The notes under the pieces are model-generated. The model made no database searches, was not told the DNA's origin, and saw only the letters and a program-made list of their open reading frames with translations. The position numbers and the translations under genes were made by a program. Of a DNA stretch of 64,000 bases, positions 1-12,145 are shown in pieces. The first letter of the stretch is position 1, and every line of letters starts with the position of its first letter. The stretch comes from Octopus sinensis (taxonomy: Eukaryota): contig NC_043019.1 of NCBI RefSeq assembly GCF_006345805.1, forward strand, positions 19,095,360 through 19,159,359, read 5' to 3'.

Positions 1-228
1 ATGGACGGACACTTTGGATAATGCAGCTCAGGGTAGACATTCTAAATAAAAGACAGGAGTGTCATGGCTGGAACGCCTTTCATCACTGGCTGGGCTATTG
101 TTGATATGAAACTAAACAATATCTACCAAACACAGTGAATATCTTTTATTCAAACAACCCCAACTAATATTTTCTCTTCCGATTTATTTTATTATTTTTA
201 TGTTTTTATTGAAGTCAGTTTTCATTTT

Positions 229-660
229 ATGTTGTTGTCGTTGTTGTTAATGGCAGCGGTTACACTTTCTTCCTTTTTAGCGTCTCAACTTTCGCTTTCT
301 CTCTTCCTTCTTTCTTTCTCGCATTTTCTCTTTCTTTCCTTCTCTTCTCTAATATATTTTCATCTTTCACTTCTACCCTCGTGTTTCCCTTCTCTTTCCC
401 CCTCCTATTTCTACATCTCTCTTTCTCTCCCAATCTATCTATCTATCCATCCATCCATCCATCTTTCTATCTATATCTATATCTATATATATATACATAT
501 ATATATAACTAATCTCATTCTATTCTCCTCACTCTGTTCTCTCTCTCTCTCTCTCTCTCTCTCTGTTCTCTTACTCTTTCCCTTCTCTCTTCCCCTTTAT
601 CCCCATTCCCACTTCATCCACCACTGACCACCAACAAGGACGACAGATTGTTAAACAGAT
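229..660. repeat. Compound pyrimidine-rich microsatellite block
   Basis: (CT)n, (ATCT)n, (CATC)n and (TA)n. Representative of many microsatellites in the window (e.g. 1233-1320, 16090-16150, 18930-19085, 25855-25910). Confidence 0.9.
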
Positions 661-749
661 AGGTAGATCGATAGAAAGATAGATAAATCGATAGAAATGT
701 ATATCGTCAATGTATCATTGAAAAGAAGCACACGCTAAAGCAGCGAGCA

Positions 750-974
750 GAGTTTATGTCCGGTCAAAGAGTGACCAATGGTTCCGCATCTACAAAGGCT
801 TCAGCCTCGTGGACATCTCGTCAGACTCTGAAAGTCGAAGACAAATCTAACTTTTCACCTCTGCGAGGACCTCCGGTGGTGAAAAATCACCTTTGTCCTC
901 GGTTTTAGTGTCCACGAGGCTAAAACCATTTTGGGTGCGGAACCATTGGTCACTCTATGACCCGACATAAACTC
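750..974. mobile_element. MITE-like foldback element
   Basis: 750-790 is the reverse complement of 934-974 with 3 mismatches in 41 bp. Pairing continues inward (agcctcgtggaca/tgtccacgaggct). Confidence 0.7.
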
Positions 975-1128
975 AATTAATTTGCGAAAGTAAGGAATAC
1001 GTACACCTGGTGTTTAGGGTTAGGGTTTTTGTTCCGCCGAAAACGGGTGGTGAACGTATTCTTTACCTCCGCCCAATTACTTTTACTACACACACACACA
1101 TATATATATAGAGAGAGAGAGAGCTGGC

Positions 1129-1242
1129 TATATGGGTAAGTCGATCCCCAGCCCAGAACCCGCAGAGACTCCAAGAGAAATTTGGCGAGGCAGAAAAAAA
1201 GCTACTTTCGGATTCTGGGCTGGGGATCGACTTACCCATATA
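1129..1242. mobile_element. Short MITE-like inverted repeat in a TA context
   Basis: atatgggtaagtcgatccccagcccagaacccg and its reverse complement at 1209-1241 (1 mismatch), with a spacer of about 46 bp. Confidence 0.7.
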
Positions 1243-1270
1243 TATATATATATATATATATATATTACAC

Positions 1271-1323
<53 letters not shown>

Positions 1324-2614
1324 TTTTCGGTAAGCTATGGGTTGAGGGTATGACTAATTCACTGGCACCATCTCTCGGCAGGGAAAATCATTTAAACTAA
1401 CGATTATTTTGAAAGAACATTTCCAGGCCGAAACGGTTTGCCTGGAATTTCAAAGTGACAACATGACGCTTGGGTTGTTTAAATTATTGAATAACAATTA
1501 AATGGCTTCACTGAAAGTCGGTGAATTTTTTTGCTGTTTTTAGATTGGATTCTGGATTTTGCAAATGAGTGCATTCGGCGAAATGCCCGATATAATTTGA
1601 GTAGTGTTTTGTGGTATCTGTTTTCTGTGTTGTGAATATAAAGAAATATTGGCGGCTCCATAAAAAAGGAATAGAAACCCAATTCCTTTATATGGTCCCA
1701 AGAATAATTGTGTTCTTACACTTTGACTCAAGTTTTCTCTTTCTGATCAAAATTTAACTCGAGCTTGCTCATAAACTATTTCATAATTTATTAATCTCTG
1801 AAAGAACAATAGAACTCCTTTTGCTTTTTCTCCCTCAGGTTGCTACTTAAAGTGTCTAATATAAATTTCACGTTGAAACTGGAATATTTCATTTATTCAA
1901 AAACGGTAAACATCTCGATTAAATATATAGAAAGCTACATAAAACTTTACTTGATCCAGTTAGGTCTATTTTAATCTATAAATCCACATCTCCCTTCGGT
2001 TTTATATGTATCCACTGGATTTTTTGAAACAGCTTTTTTTAACAGCTTCTGCAGTGGCGTTCCACTGCAGTAACTTCTGCCTTCTGTATTCAGTGGAAGT
2101 CAAAATTGGAGTTGGAATTCATTATAGTTTTAAATAGACGAGTCACTTGATTTCATAGGAATGCAACGCCTAAGCCCGCTGGTTAACTTCTTTGTTAGAA
2201 GCCCAGTAGAGACCGCAGTGAGCCATCGCCTCATTCTCTCTACTTAGATTCACTTCACCCATTTGTCTCATATATCCTTGACTATATACAAACTACAAAT
2301 TCTCCGCATCTTTTGTGCCTTTCCTCACAACTGATCCTGTCTCTATCTTCACCATAAAATCTCCTTCCAAACTCTTTGTATTAACTGCAGTGAGTGTGAA
2401 TGTATTCATTCCGTCTCTCTTCGTTACGGTTTCTAATTCCATCGACGTCAACTTTACCTTTCATTCTTTCGAGGTCGATAAATAAAGTACCAGTGCAGTA
2501 CAGCCATCCGTCCTTCAGTTATCACGTCTTGGATGTCTGTTAGGTCAAAGTCGAGAGGTGCCTGTGTCTGCTCACGATTACTCGGGCACTTAAAACCTGC
2601 GAAGAAAGGATGTA

Positions 2615-3148
2615 GGATCTTTTCCCTTTGAACGGCAGATTTCAACACAATTTCTAGTTAACTAAACACTTTTAAACTTCGTATACTGGTAGAATGTGTT
2701 TATAAAACATCATTTTCTCTTGGTTTTATTGAGTAAATTCTATAGTTTGTAAGATATTTCGTCTGAAAATCCGAGCATTTCGGCAATTTTAACCAACCGA
2801 TTACCTCTATTCAACTAAAATCATTTGCTGCGTCTAAAACTGAGACAACATCCTGTAACTAACCCTAAACCTCCCCCTAACCCTAACCCTAATTTTTTTT
2901 TCTTAATTGTTAAATTAATTTAATTCCATTGCTTTAGTTTTTTTTTACACGCGTAACAATTAAATTAAGAGAGCATAGGATTGGTTAAAATTCGAAAAAT
3001 TAAACTACGTTAAACAAACAAATTCCAATTTTCTCAAGAAAGCCAAGACAAAAAAAAAATGTTTTATTTTGACACATTCTACCAGAATACGAAGTTTTAA
3101 AGTGCTTAGTTAACTAGAAATTGTCTGCCGTTCAAAAGGAAAAGATCC
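2615..3148. mobile_element. MITE with about 110-bp terminal inverted repeats and internal TAACCC repeats
   Basis: ggatcttttccctttgaacggcag...ctggtagaatgtgt pairs with acacattctaccag...ctgccgttcaaaaggaaaagatcc. ccctaa repeats lie at about 2860-2892. Confidence 0.8.
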
Positions 3149-3369
3149 AGGCTGGTTGGTTGGTTGGTTGGATGGGTGGGTGGGTTTGAGTGTTAGCAAA
3201 GATTTCGAGAGGCTGAGGACAAAGACCCTTTTGGTGTCTCCCATCTTGATCAACGCATTTCAAAGACCTAAGGAAATTTGCAACCCTTAATATTTGCACC
3301 CGGAGTCGTTTAGTATATATTTATTCAGAACCTTTTTCTTAAGATCTTCACTATTATATATATCACCTT

Positions 3370-4960
3370 GATCGACCAGACTGTTGGGCGTCATTTCGAC
3401 ACCGGTGGTCACAGAATGCCGTCCATTCCTCTCTGGGTCGTGCCTTCCTCATCTACGTAGCTCCAAGCGCTTATTTCGTCAACCCACCGTTTTGGAGGCC
3501 TTCCGAGTGACCTCTACCGCTCGACAGAATAAAAGTGGAACCTTCCAGTCGACAGCAGCGGGTCCACTGTTTATCGGTGAACCGAGTGACGTGTCCGGCC
3601 GGCCCATCTGAACTTCTGCCTTCTGTCTTCCACATCAGATTTCTCTCTGATCGCTTTGCTCCCGATCTGTTCTTTCAGTGACACTCCCAGCATCGATCTT
3701 TCAAAAGCTCTTTGAGCAGTTACCATCCTCTGTTCATCTCTTTCTCTCTCTTTGTCGTGGTCCAGGTTTCGCTTCCGTATAAAATTGCTGATAAAACCGT
3801 GCTGTTGTTGTTGTTAAGCAACAAGACGGATAAGGGTGATTAGGTGATGGTCTAGGGCTTAGGGGCGAGAGACCCCAGACCTTGGAAAAAAAAACAAAAA
3901 CTTTGGTCGAGGGCTCTTCGTTGACGCCCGACACCACTGGGAAGTGGCCCTCGAAGTCGCTGGAAATGGAGATCTCCAGGTTCAAATTCTTGAACAGCAA
4001 ACCGTGCTGTTGAAGAGGGTGGCGCGAGTGGTCATATCCAGCTTTCTTTGATGGAGTTGAGCGTTCCATCCAGGCCCTTATTCTCCACGAGATCTCCTCC
4101 ATGCCTCGGCGTATATTTATCTCGTGTCCAAGCTAAACGTCTTCATCGTCTCCAACCACCATTCAGCCTCTTGCTCAATATTCGGACTGCATGGACTTGA
4201 TTTTCATGCCGTTCATTTTGCGGCCTACTTCCGAGTTTCTAATGCCCAGCTCCGTCAGCTTGGCCGGCAGCGGATCTGTTGTCTTGGCGACGAGCAAGAT
4301 GGGTCGATGGCTCGCTGTCGATGTCTCTGATAATCTACTCGAGACACGTGGTGAAGAGTTTCGGAGAGATGGTGCCTCCTTCTCACCGGGACTCTTATGG
4401 GAGTCGGTGATACATCCAGAATTCGTCTCTTGCACAAGCTGAATGTATTGCGCCTCGAATCCTTGCTTCTCCAACGACTTCAGCTCCGCATTTGATCTCG
4501 ACACTGTCGAAGGCCGCCGCCTTCACATTGTCCACGAATGCGACGCACAGACACAGTCTGTAATCCTTCACTCGTTCCAGTAACCGGATCAGAATCAATA
4601 TATGATCCATCGTTTTCCCGAAAGCCTGCTTGTTCCCTTGGTTGTAGTTCATCTAGATGTTGTGATAATCGGTTTAGGATTATCTTCGTGAACAACTTGT
4701 ATTCGTGGGACAAGAGGCATATTGGGGACGGTAGTTCTTCGTATCTTCGCCATCGCCTTTCTACAGCAGGACAGTTTTCCACACTTTCCATTACCATGGT
4801 ATTTCCCCTTTGTTCAGATAAGTGACTAAATCGTTCGGCGAGGATTTTCCAGGGTTGCTCTCCGCCTCACTTCAACCTTCCAGATGTTTTACCATCTTGC
4901 CCCCTGCTTTTCCAGTTTCCCATCAAATTGATGGTCATTCGTTGATAACATTGTACACTT
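3370..4960 (-). mobile_element. Degenerate RTE-clade LINE (RT and C-terminal region)
   Basis: Frameshifted RT motifs [25 protein letters not shown] and [20 protein letters not shown], plus C-terminal KFRWAGHVTR and GRPPKRWVDEI. Confidence 0.85.
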
Positions 4961-7159
4961 TAAAATAACGGCTCTTTTGACAAATATTGAAGGGCAAATT
5001 TTACGTGACCTTTGTATTCTGATAACTTTATATGTGTGTGTATGCGTATGTGTGTGTATAATGTATGTATGTATATTTATATTTATATATACATGTGTTT
5101 ACACTCAAATCCGTGTACACATTCTAATGAAACCGTTATTTCGTAACGCCCTCTCCTTTAACTCTCTTCACCACAACCACCACCACTGTCAAGAAACTTC
5201 TCCGCTTTGTGCGATTTACTAGAAATAGCAGCCAAATCTTCTGCAAACTAGACCCAACAGTCTTAAAATGAAAAAAAAGTAGAGTATAATTTGCTGGTGT
5301 AGACCAAAATACGTCGTACATTATGGGATGGTCAAGCATTTAATCGTAACGTCTGCTTGACGACGACGACCAGGAATATCTACCAAAATAGCGATAGCCA
5401 CATCAATCAAAGTATCGTTCTGACAATACATGTATTGACATAAAAGACAAAGCCTTTAGCTGGTCTCGCGACTTGCTAGAAATAACAGCAAAATATTCCC
5501 TTAAATCATATCTTACCGTCTTAAAAAGGGGACGCCTCGTATACCGCAATCCAGATTAGCCAAAGTCTGGGAAAAGGCGTGAAGGTCATGGTTTGAATGT
5601 CTTTGAATTGTATGTGGATGTCTGTGTGTGTGTATGTGTATACACACTCATAGAGCATAACTACAGAAGCGGTTTGTCTGTAACTCGGATCTCCCGGAAT
5701 TTTCCATTAAAAAAATGCTGTTTTTGATGAACTTTTCCTGAGATATATCTGACATGATATTCGCCATTACAATTATTTGGGGAATAATTAAGAAAAGAAA
5801 TTGTTTGTGTGTGTTAGGAAGTGGTCATTCTACCCAACCTTGTTACAAGCAGATATTTTAATGACATTTTCTAAAGATACATTTCCCAGGACATAGATTA
5901 AAATTAAATTTTTATCCTTTTTATCTCATCAAGATAATCTTAAACTAAATTCTCGAAAAGTATCTCCAGAAAATTTTCATTGAAAAATATGCATTTAACA
6001 ATGTAAATCCAAACATAAGACAAATGGCAGGCATTTTGGTAAATTCTTTAACTCAAATCAGTCTATGAATAAAATTGCAAAGTTTGAACCTCTTATGTTG
6101 AAAACAATTTTTTTTAATTTTAAAAAGGGGTGGGGGTGGGGGGTGTTAAAATATGGAGATTTTGTTTGTGTAAAATTTGGATTACATATATAAAGTTCAT
6201 GTTATAATGAGAGGCTTATAAAGAAAGATGAAAGGCAAAGCATATCCTGGTGAGATTTGAATTCCAACTAAGTTATTTCAAAACATTTGGTCCATCATTC
6301 TACCAAACATTGATAATAATTGAGGGTTGCTAATTTCAAGGCAGGGTGTATGTTTTTGAAACTTTACCATTAGCATCTGGGACACATTATAGGAATACAA
6401 TTTGACCTCATACTTGACTGGTATTTTTATTTTATTGATTCTAGAAATATAAAAGACAACCTTTAACCTTGCAGAATTTGAAGGTGAGCTGTTTAGCTAT
6501 AAAGATCTCTTCCATCTTCTGGTACCAGTTTGGGCTGATGACATTAAATAACTCTTTTAGATAAGATTAAAGAATAAAGAATTATTACAGTAATTCAATC
6601 TGTTTAAAATGAATCACCAGACAAATCTAATATTCTAGCAAACTCCTCAATGTGGTTAAAAGTTTAAGCTAAAGAGAAAGGGTTTTAAGTAGATAACCTG
6701 GTACGCTGAGTAGTGAACCATGTTACCAATTATCATGGATTGATCTTGGATAACACAGGTTCACATTCAGTCAAAGATTCTGCTTGTATTACAAAAATGT
6801 ACCCCAGTAATCATCTAGAATGCTCTGACTATCACTCGTGTTTTACATGACCATGCTTGGAGGCTGCATATTTGTACCCATCAACATGGGACCAGTGAAT
6901 AGGAAATATATGAAGGCACCTCAGCCTAACAAATGATGCAGGTGAGTTTATTCTCTAAAGGAAAAGGTTGAGATTATCCAGAAACTACAGGATGAAAGTT
7001 TCATAGCTATGAGCAAATAAATCAGCATCATTTATAAGAAAGAATTCTATATTTGGACTATTTCCAAAATAGGTTTTAGGAAAAACTCAGTGGAATGCAG
7101 AATCTTCTCAGAAGCCTGTTCCTTCTTGGTAAATATGAACAATGTGACTTTATAAATCC

Positions 7160-7450
7160 TAAAACTCAGAGCATGTACCTTTTGTGTGTCTACTCAAAGC
7201 CTCCAACATCCAAGCCTCATGCATCAGGCAAGCTAAAACTGTTGTTTGTTGAAAGTGGAACATAACAGTTTGAGAAACTCGGATATTGTCTGCTGTTCTG
7301 CTGACTGCACAACTTCCACCCAACAATCTTAGACATTTATAAAATTTTTTCTTGCAATTTGTCTCCAATTTGGTTATTGAATGGATGAAAGTGTAGCACA
7401 CCAGACAGATGTCTGCCACTGTCAGTTGGACATCCTTTGCACAATGGAAG
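7160..7450 (-). mobile_element. Old mariner N-terminal remnant abutting the CR1-like insertion
   Basis: Weak similarity to the mariner HTH region (KLETNCKK..., GSCAVSRTA, QTVMFHF). Confidence 0.35.
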
Positions 7451-7535
7451 GTATTTTAAAATAATAATAATAATAATAATAATAATTGTGTACAGTGCTC
7501 AGGTGCACTACAACTCATCTAAAGTGTATATATAA

Positions 7536-10299
7536 TCAGGTGTAGTTTCGGCGGATTTCGGAAAGCATGAGGGCCTTAAAAGATGCAGTGTCATGGCAGT
7601 CAACAACTGACGCAGGCAGTTTATTCCATGCTTCAGCAACTCTGAGCGTGAAAAAATGTTTCCGAAAGTCATGGGAGCTGTATTGTTTTCTGACTTTGTA
7701 GGCATGTCCACGTGTGTTAGACACATGGAGATCAAAAAGGTGTTCAGTGTTGTTGTTGGTGAGGTGGTTGATAACTTTGTGGGTGTTTACCAAGTCCGTC
7801 GCCAAACGCCGGAGCTTCAGTGAATCCATGCCCAGGGAAACAAGGCGCTCAGAATATGGTAGGTGTCTGATGGAGGGTATGCGTTTGGTTGCACGTCTCT
7901 GGACAGATTCCAGGAGGTCAATGTTCTGTGCAAGATAGGGGTTCCAAACTGATGATGCGAATTCCAAGTGTGGTCGTACCATAGCTGTATACAGTTTTAA
8001 ATAGATGGCTGGAGAGCGGCTAACAAAAGACCTGCTGAGTGATGCCAAGACACCCTCGGCCTTCCTGACAATCTTAGAGATATGCTTTGACCAACGCAAA
8101 TCACTGCTGACAGTGATGCCTAGGTCACGCTCGCAAGAGGATTTCTTGATATCAGTATTGTGGAGGGAGTAAGTGAACGCAGGGTTTTTTCTCCCAAAAT
8201 GCATGGTGGTACACTTGTCCACAGCCAGTTTCAGTTGCCAGTCTGTGATCCATTGCTGCATTGTGTCTAGGTCTGATTGCAGGAAAGAGTTGTAGACATC
8301 AGGATCTGTCCTCTTGATTTCAAGGTACAGCTTGATGTCGTCTGCATATTTCAATACTGTGGCATTCTTTAAATTGGCATCTATGTCGTTAATGTATGCC
8401 ACAAACAAGAGGGGACCAAGGACAGATCCCTGTGGTACACCCGATGACATCTCATATGGTGTAGAGTGCTGTCCTAGAACTGTGACTACCTCCTTTCGGC
8501 TGAGGATGAAGGATTTCAACCAGTTAAAAAGGTCATCCCCCACACCCATTGCAGAGAGTTTCACCATAAGCCTTTTGTGTGGCACAGAGTTGAAAGCCTT
8601 AGCAAAGTCAAGGTAGACAACATCCACCCATGAGCCACTGTCAGTAATCTGAGTAATGTCCTCAAGGAACTCGACAAGCTGGTCACTGCAGCTGGAGTTA
8701 GGGACAAATCCATATTGTGAGGGTTGGATGAGACTGTGAGAGCTCCAGAAGTTCCAGAGTGTTTCTCTGACACACGATTCCATCAGTTTTGCAATACAGC
8801 TAGTGAGACTGACTGGGCGATAGTTGACAGGTGATGTGCGGTCGCCCTTTTTGAACAGAGGAATGACACTGGCAGTTTTCCACTGCTCCGGAGTAGCACC
8901 ATTGTTGAGACAGTACTGGAAGAAAATAGAAAGCTGGTGTAAAAGGAAGTGCCTGCCACGTTTGAGAAGCAGGTATGTAACTCCATCGAGACCAGGGGAG
9001 GCATAGTTGCGCTTATTTTGAAGGTGACGTCGCAGCATTGCAGGTGTAAATTCCATAGTTGTTATGGAGTTTGCTGTTAGTGATGGTGAAGATGGTACAT
9101 TTTGACTTTCAACAGTGAATATGTTTGCATAGCACTCGGCAATGAGTTCTGCACATTCCTTGGGGTCGTCAGTGATCTGGTTTGTGTGAGGGTTGCGAAG
9201 AGGGCCCACTGGAGAGTGAGGTCTCTGCTTTGAGTGCACATATTTCCAGAAAACCTTGCTGTCAGGATTGGCTGCTATGCACTGTTCAAATTCAAGCACT
9301 GCTTTTTTTGTCACTTGCTTGAGATGGTTGGAGGATTTATTCCACTTCTTCCTGTTGGTGTCTGATTTATGCAACCTGTATTCCCGTTCAGCAGTCCGAC
9401 GTTCCCTCCTGACAAGTCGGACCGCTGAAGTTTCCCAAATTGCCCTTTTGGGGCGGTTCTTCTTTTTTTGTTTACGTGGCACTGATGCTGCACATGCTGC
9501 CCATATTGAGTCCAGGATACTCTGGAGTATAGTATTCACATCTCCAGAGTTGTAGAATTCACGCCAGTTTGGGTGCTGTAGTTCAGTGTGGTACAGGTTC
9601 CAATCTGCTCTCTTCCAATCGAAGGAAGCAGATTGGAGATGGTTCAGGTTTTTGTTGCCCGCAAGAGCCAGATTGGCGATGATCATAGCATGATCAGAGT
9701 CACCTAGAGGTTCCTCCGTAGTGCAATTGATAACCGCTTCAGGAGTTGTGGTGAAGAGCAGGTCCAAGGTGTTGTCGCCTCTTGTTGGAGAGGTGACTAC
9801 TTGTGACCAGTTTGAGTCCAGCACAAGCTCAACAAAATCGTTTGCACTCTGTGGCCAATGGAAGGTCTCCCAATCGATCTCAGGATGATTGAAATCGCCT
9901 GCAATAAACACATAAGTGGCTGTTTTCCTGGCAGCAGCTCGGAGGACATTGCAAAGCTGTGTGTCCCGATGGTAACTTGGGGGACGATAAACAACGCCAA
10001 GCAGGAGTGTTGACATGGTCATACGCACGTCACAGAAAAAAACTTCTTCTTGTGATTCGTTCAAATCGGCACAAGGAATTACCAAAAAATTTGAACGAAC
10101 GTAGACCATCACCACCACCATGGCGGTTAGTGCGGTCCTTACGGAAGAGGTTGTACCCCGTAATGTTGAAAACCCCATCACAGAGTAAGGAATGCGCCCA
10201 TGTTTCCGTGACAGTGATTAAGTCAGGGTCAACACTTCTGACGTAGGCGTTGAACAAATGTATTTTGTTGCATAAACTGCGAGCATTTAAGGACAACAA
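7536..10299 (-). pseudogene. LINE ORF2 (AP endonuclease plus reverse transcriptase) with a single frameshift near 10110-10120
   Basis: ORF 10030..10299 (...DRTNRHGGG) and ORF 7536..10181 (VMVYVRSN... to stop) join at ggtggtggtgatg. No other lesion is seen in about 2.7 kb. Confidence 0.9.
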
Positions 10300-10355
10300 T
10301 TTGTACCCTGCTCGCAGTTTATGATGGTGTGTAGAGGATGGCAGGTTGTTCTGGC

Positions 10356-10858
10356 TTAGTTTCCCTGAGTTGCTGTAGTCTTTTTAGTTATTGTGGGTAG
10401 AGAGCACTCAGACCAGCTGGTATCTCTCTTCCACGTTTCAGCAGTCTTGACAAATCTCCAGATTTGTCCATCTTCCCGAAGACTGAAGCTTTCCTGTAGA
10501 GCTGAGTTCCTATTCAGGGAAGCCACTACACGTAGCTTCGGACGTACATCGGACGGTAAGCCTGGGCGTGTTCGGAAGGTGGTCCGATTTTCCTGCCCAG
10601 CTTTAACTGAGGCCAGATGGTAAGAGGTTGCCTCAGTGGGGTCCGTAAAAGACAACTTGATGAGCCTAGGTTTTGGGCCAGGTCATCCAAGGCGGATAGC
10701 ACCCGTTGGGGGAACGCAGCCTAGGTCTTTGGCTGAGTTGGCAGCAAAAGCCTGAAGATCAGCCATGTCTTCTGGTACCCCAATGGCAATGACTTCATGG
10801 GTGGCAGAATCCGCGGTCTTAAATGCGACAAGAGGTACAGGTACAGGGAGGTTGAGGA
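10356..10858 (-). pseudogene. LINE ORF1 C-terminal part (RRM-like) with one in-frame TGA
   Basis: EVIAIGVPED...AIRLG*PGPKPRLIKLSF...TATQGN*, similar to the CR1/L2 ORF1 pattern (GVPE...RLG...RPRPILVKF). TGA at 10683-10685. Confidence 0.75.
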
Positions 10859-12145
10859 TTTAACTGGTTGAAATCCTTCATCCTCAGCCGAAATTTAAAA
10901 AATTTTCTTTAATTTCTGTCAACCATACATTCTGCTACTGGGCCCTTTACACCTTATGATAATTAATAACAAGGTAGTTGACATTCTTGCAGCTAGTCGC
11001 ATTAAAAAATTTCATCTTTTGAAAATCAGTTCAACTTGGAAATGTCTCCTAGAGCAGACACTGTCTCCATGGCTATTTCTGAATTGACAGATTTTGTTTT
11101 ACTAAAATATTTATAAATGATAGAAATGAGATAAAATACTAAAACATTATCACAGGTAAATTTGTGACATTTCCCCCAAGGTTATGCACTTATATAGAAG
11201 TTGTGGAAAACTAGAAATATTTCATCACTAGCTTAAAAGCCACCCGAAAGGGTGGCTGTTAATCTAGCTCCTGTAGAGGGCTCTTCATTAGGCCTTGGGC
11301 CCAACAACGACACCTCATACATTGAGTACGTATTAAATTTTATTAAACTTCAACAATATTTTTCAAGCAATTTTCATCAAAACAATGATATAATTTGTTG
11401 ACTTGGAACTTATTGCAAAGGTACATGATAAACAACAGTACCACCACCACCATCGCCACCACATCTGCCATACACAAACACCATTCAGACTTCTGACACC
11501 ACCACCATCAATACCTTTGACTTTGCTGCCTTCCCCTCCACCACCATCACCACTGCTGACTCTCACTTCATTCCTCACCCCCACTGCCTCCATCCCTATC
11601 ACAACTACAGCTCATACTATTACTATCATCCCTTTGTCCAGTATGTTACTTCAACCTGATAGATCAGTGGTCAGTCCCCCTTCCTCTCACCTATCCACTC
11701 TTTCTCTATCTCTCTCTTATTGTTACTCCCACTGCCACCATCAACACTACTACTTTTAATAAAAACATCAACTCTCCCTAAATTTCTTTCCCTCTCTTTC
11801 TCTCTGTCTTTGCCACCATCGCCCCCCCCCCGTCTCTATGCCTACTTTTACTCTCACTTCAACATGAGCAGAGGGGGTCAAAGTGTGACACACTGACACG
11901 TTGAAAATACTTTTTGCATTTATTATATTAGGTGAAATATTTTGATTTAGTGACAGATCAAACCAAAAATCTGTTTCAAGTTTGACAATAAAAACCATGA
12001 GAAAAAATTTTCAATAAAAATGGTAAAATCCAATTTTGGAGAATCTTAACTTTTCCCTCTCTCACACAACTCTAAGCATGGCTTGGAGAATCTTCCAGTT
12101 CATCTTGTACTTTTGCTATTCCTTTGATAAGTATAGCTGTGGAAT

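Larger units (their letters stand above)
7462..10858 (-). mobile_element. Young 5'-truncated CR1/L2-type LINE with partial ORF1, APE-RT ORF2 and (ATT)n tail
   Basis: Endonuclease motifs LNARSL, ITVTETW, GVVYRPP, AGDFNHP, NTLDLLF, SDH. RT motifs NYRPVSLTS, YLDFAKAFNSV, GVPQGSVLGPLLF, YADD. Tail at 7462-7486. Possible TSD tttaaaa at 7455-7461 and 10894-10900. Confidence 0.95.

Noticed and set aside
229-627. 132-aa ORF, and the similar ORF at 11403-11759
   Set aside because: These are translations of microsatellite or low-complexity DNA with no domain signal.
1421-1447. Small hairpin ttccaggc...gcctggaa containing cgaaac
   Set aside because: Only an 8-bp stem with no ribozyme core partner; expected by chance.
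980-1910. Splice-like signals (aa|gtaagg near 988 and ccctcag| near 1839) suggesting UTR exons
   Set aside because: There is no coding or homology support, and such motifs occur by chance.
2860-2892. Chromosome end or true telomere
   Set aside because: Only a few imperfect units, located inside a TIR element.
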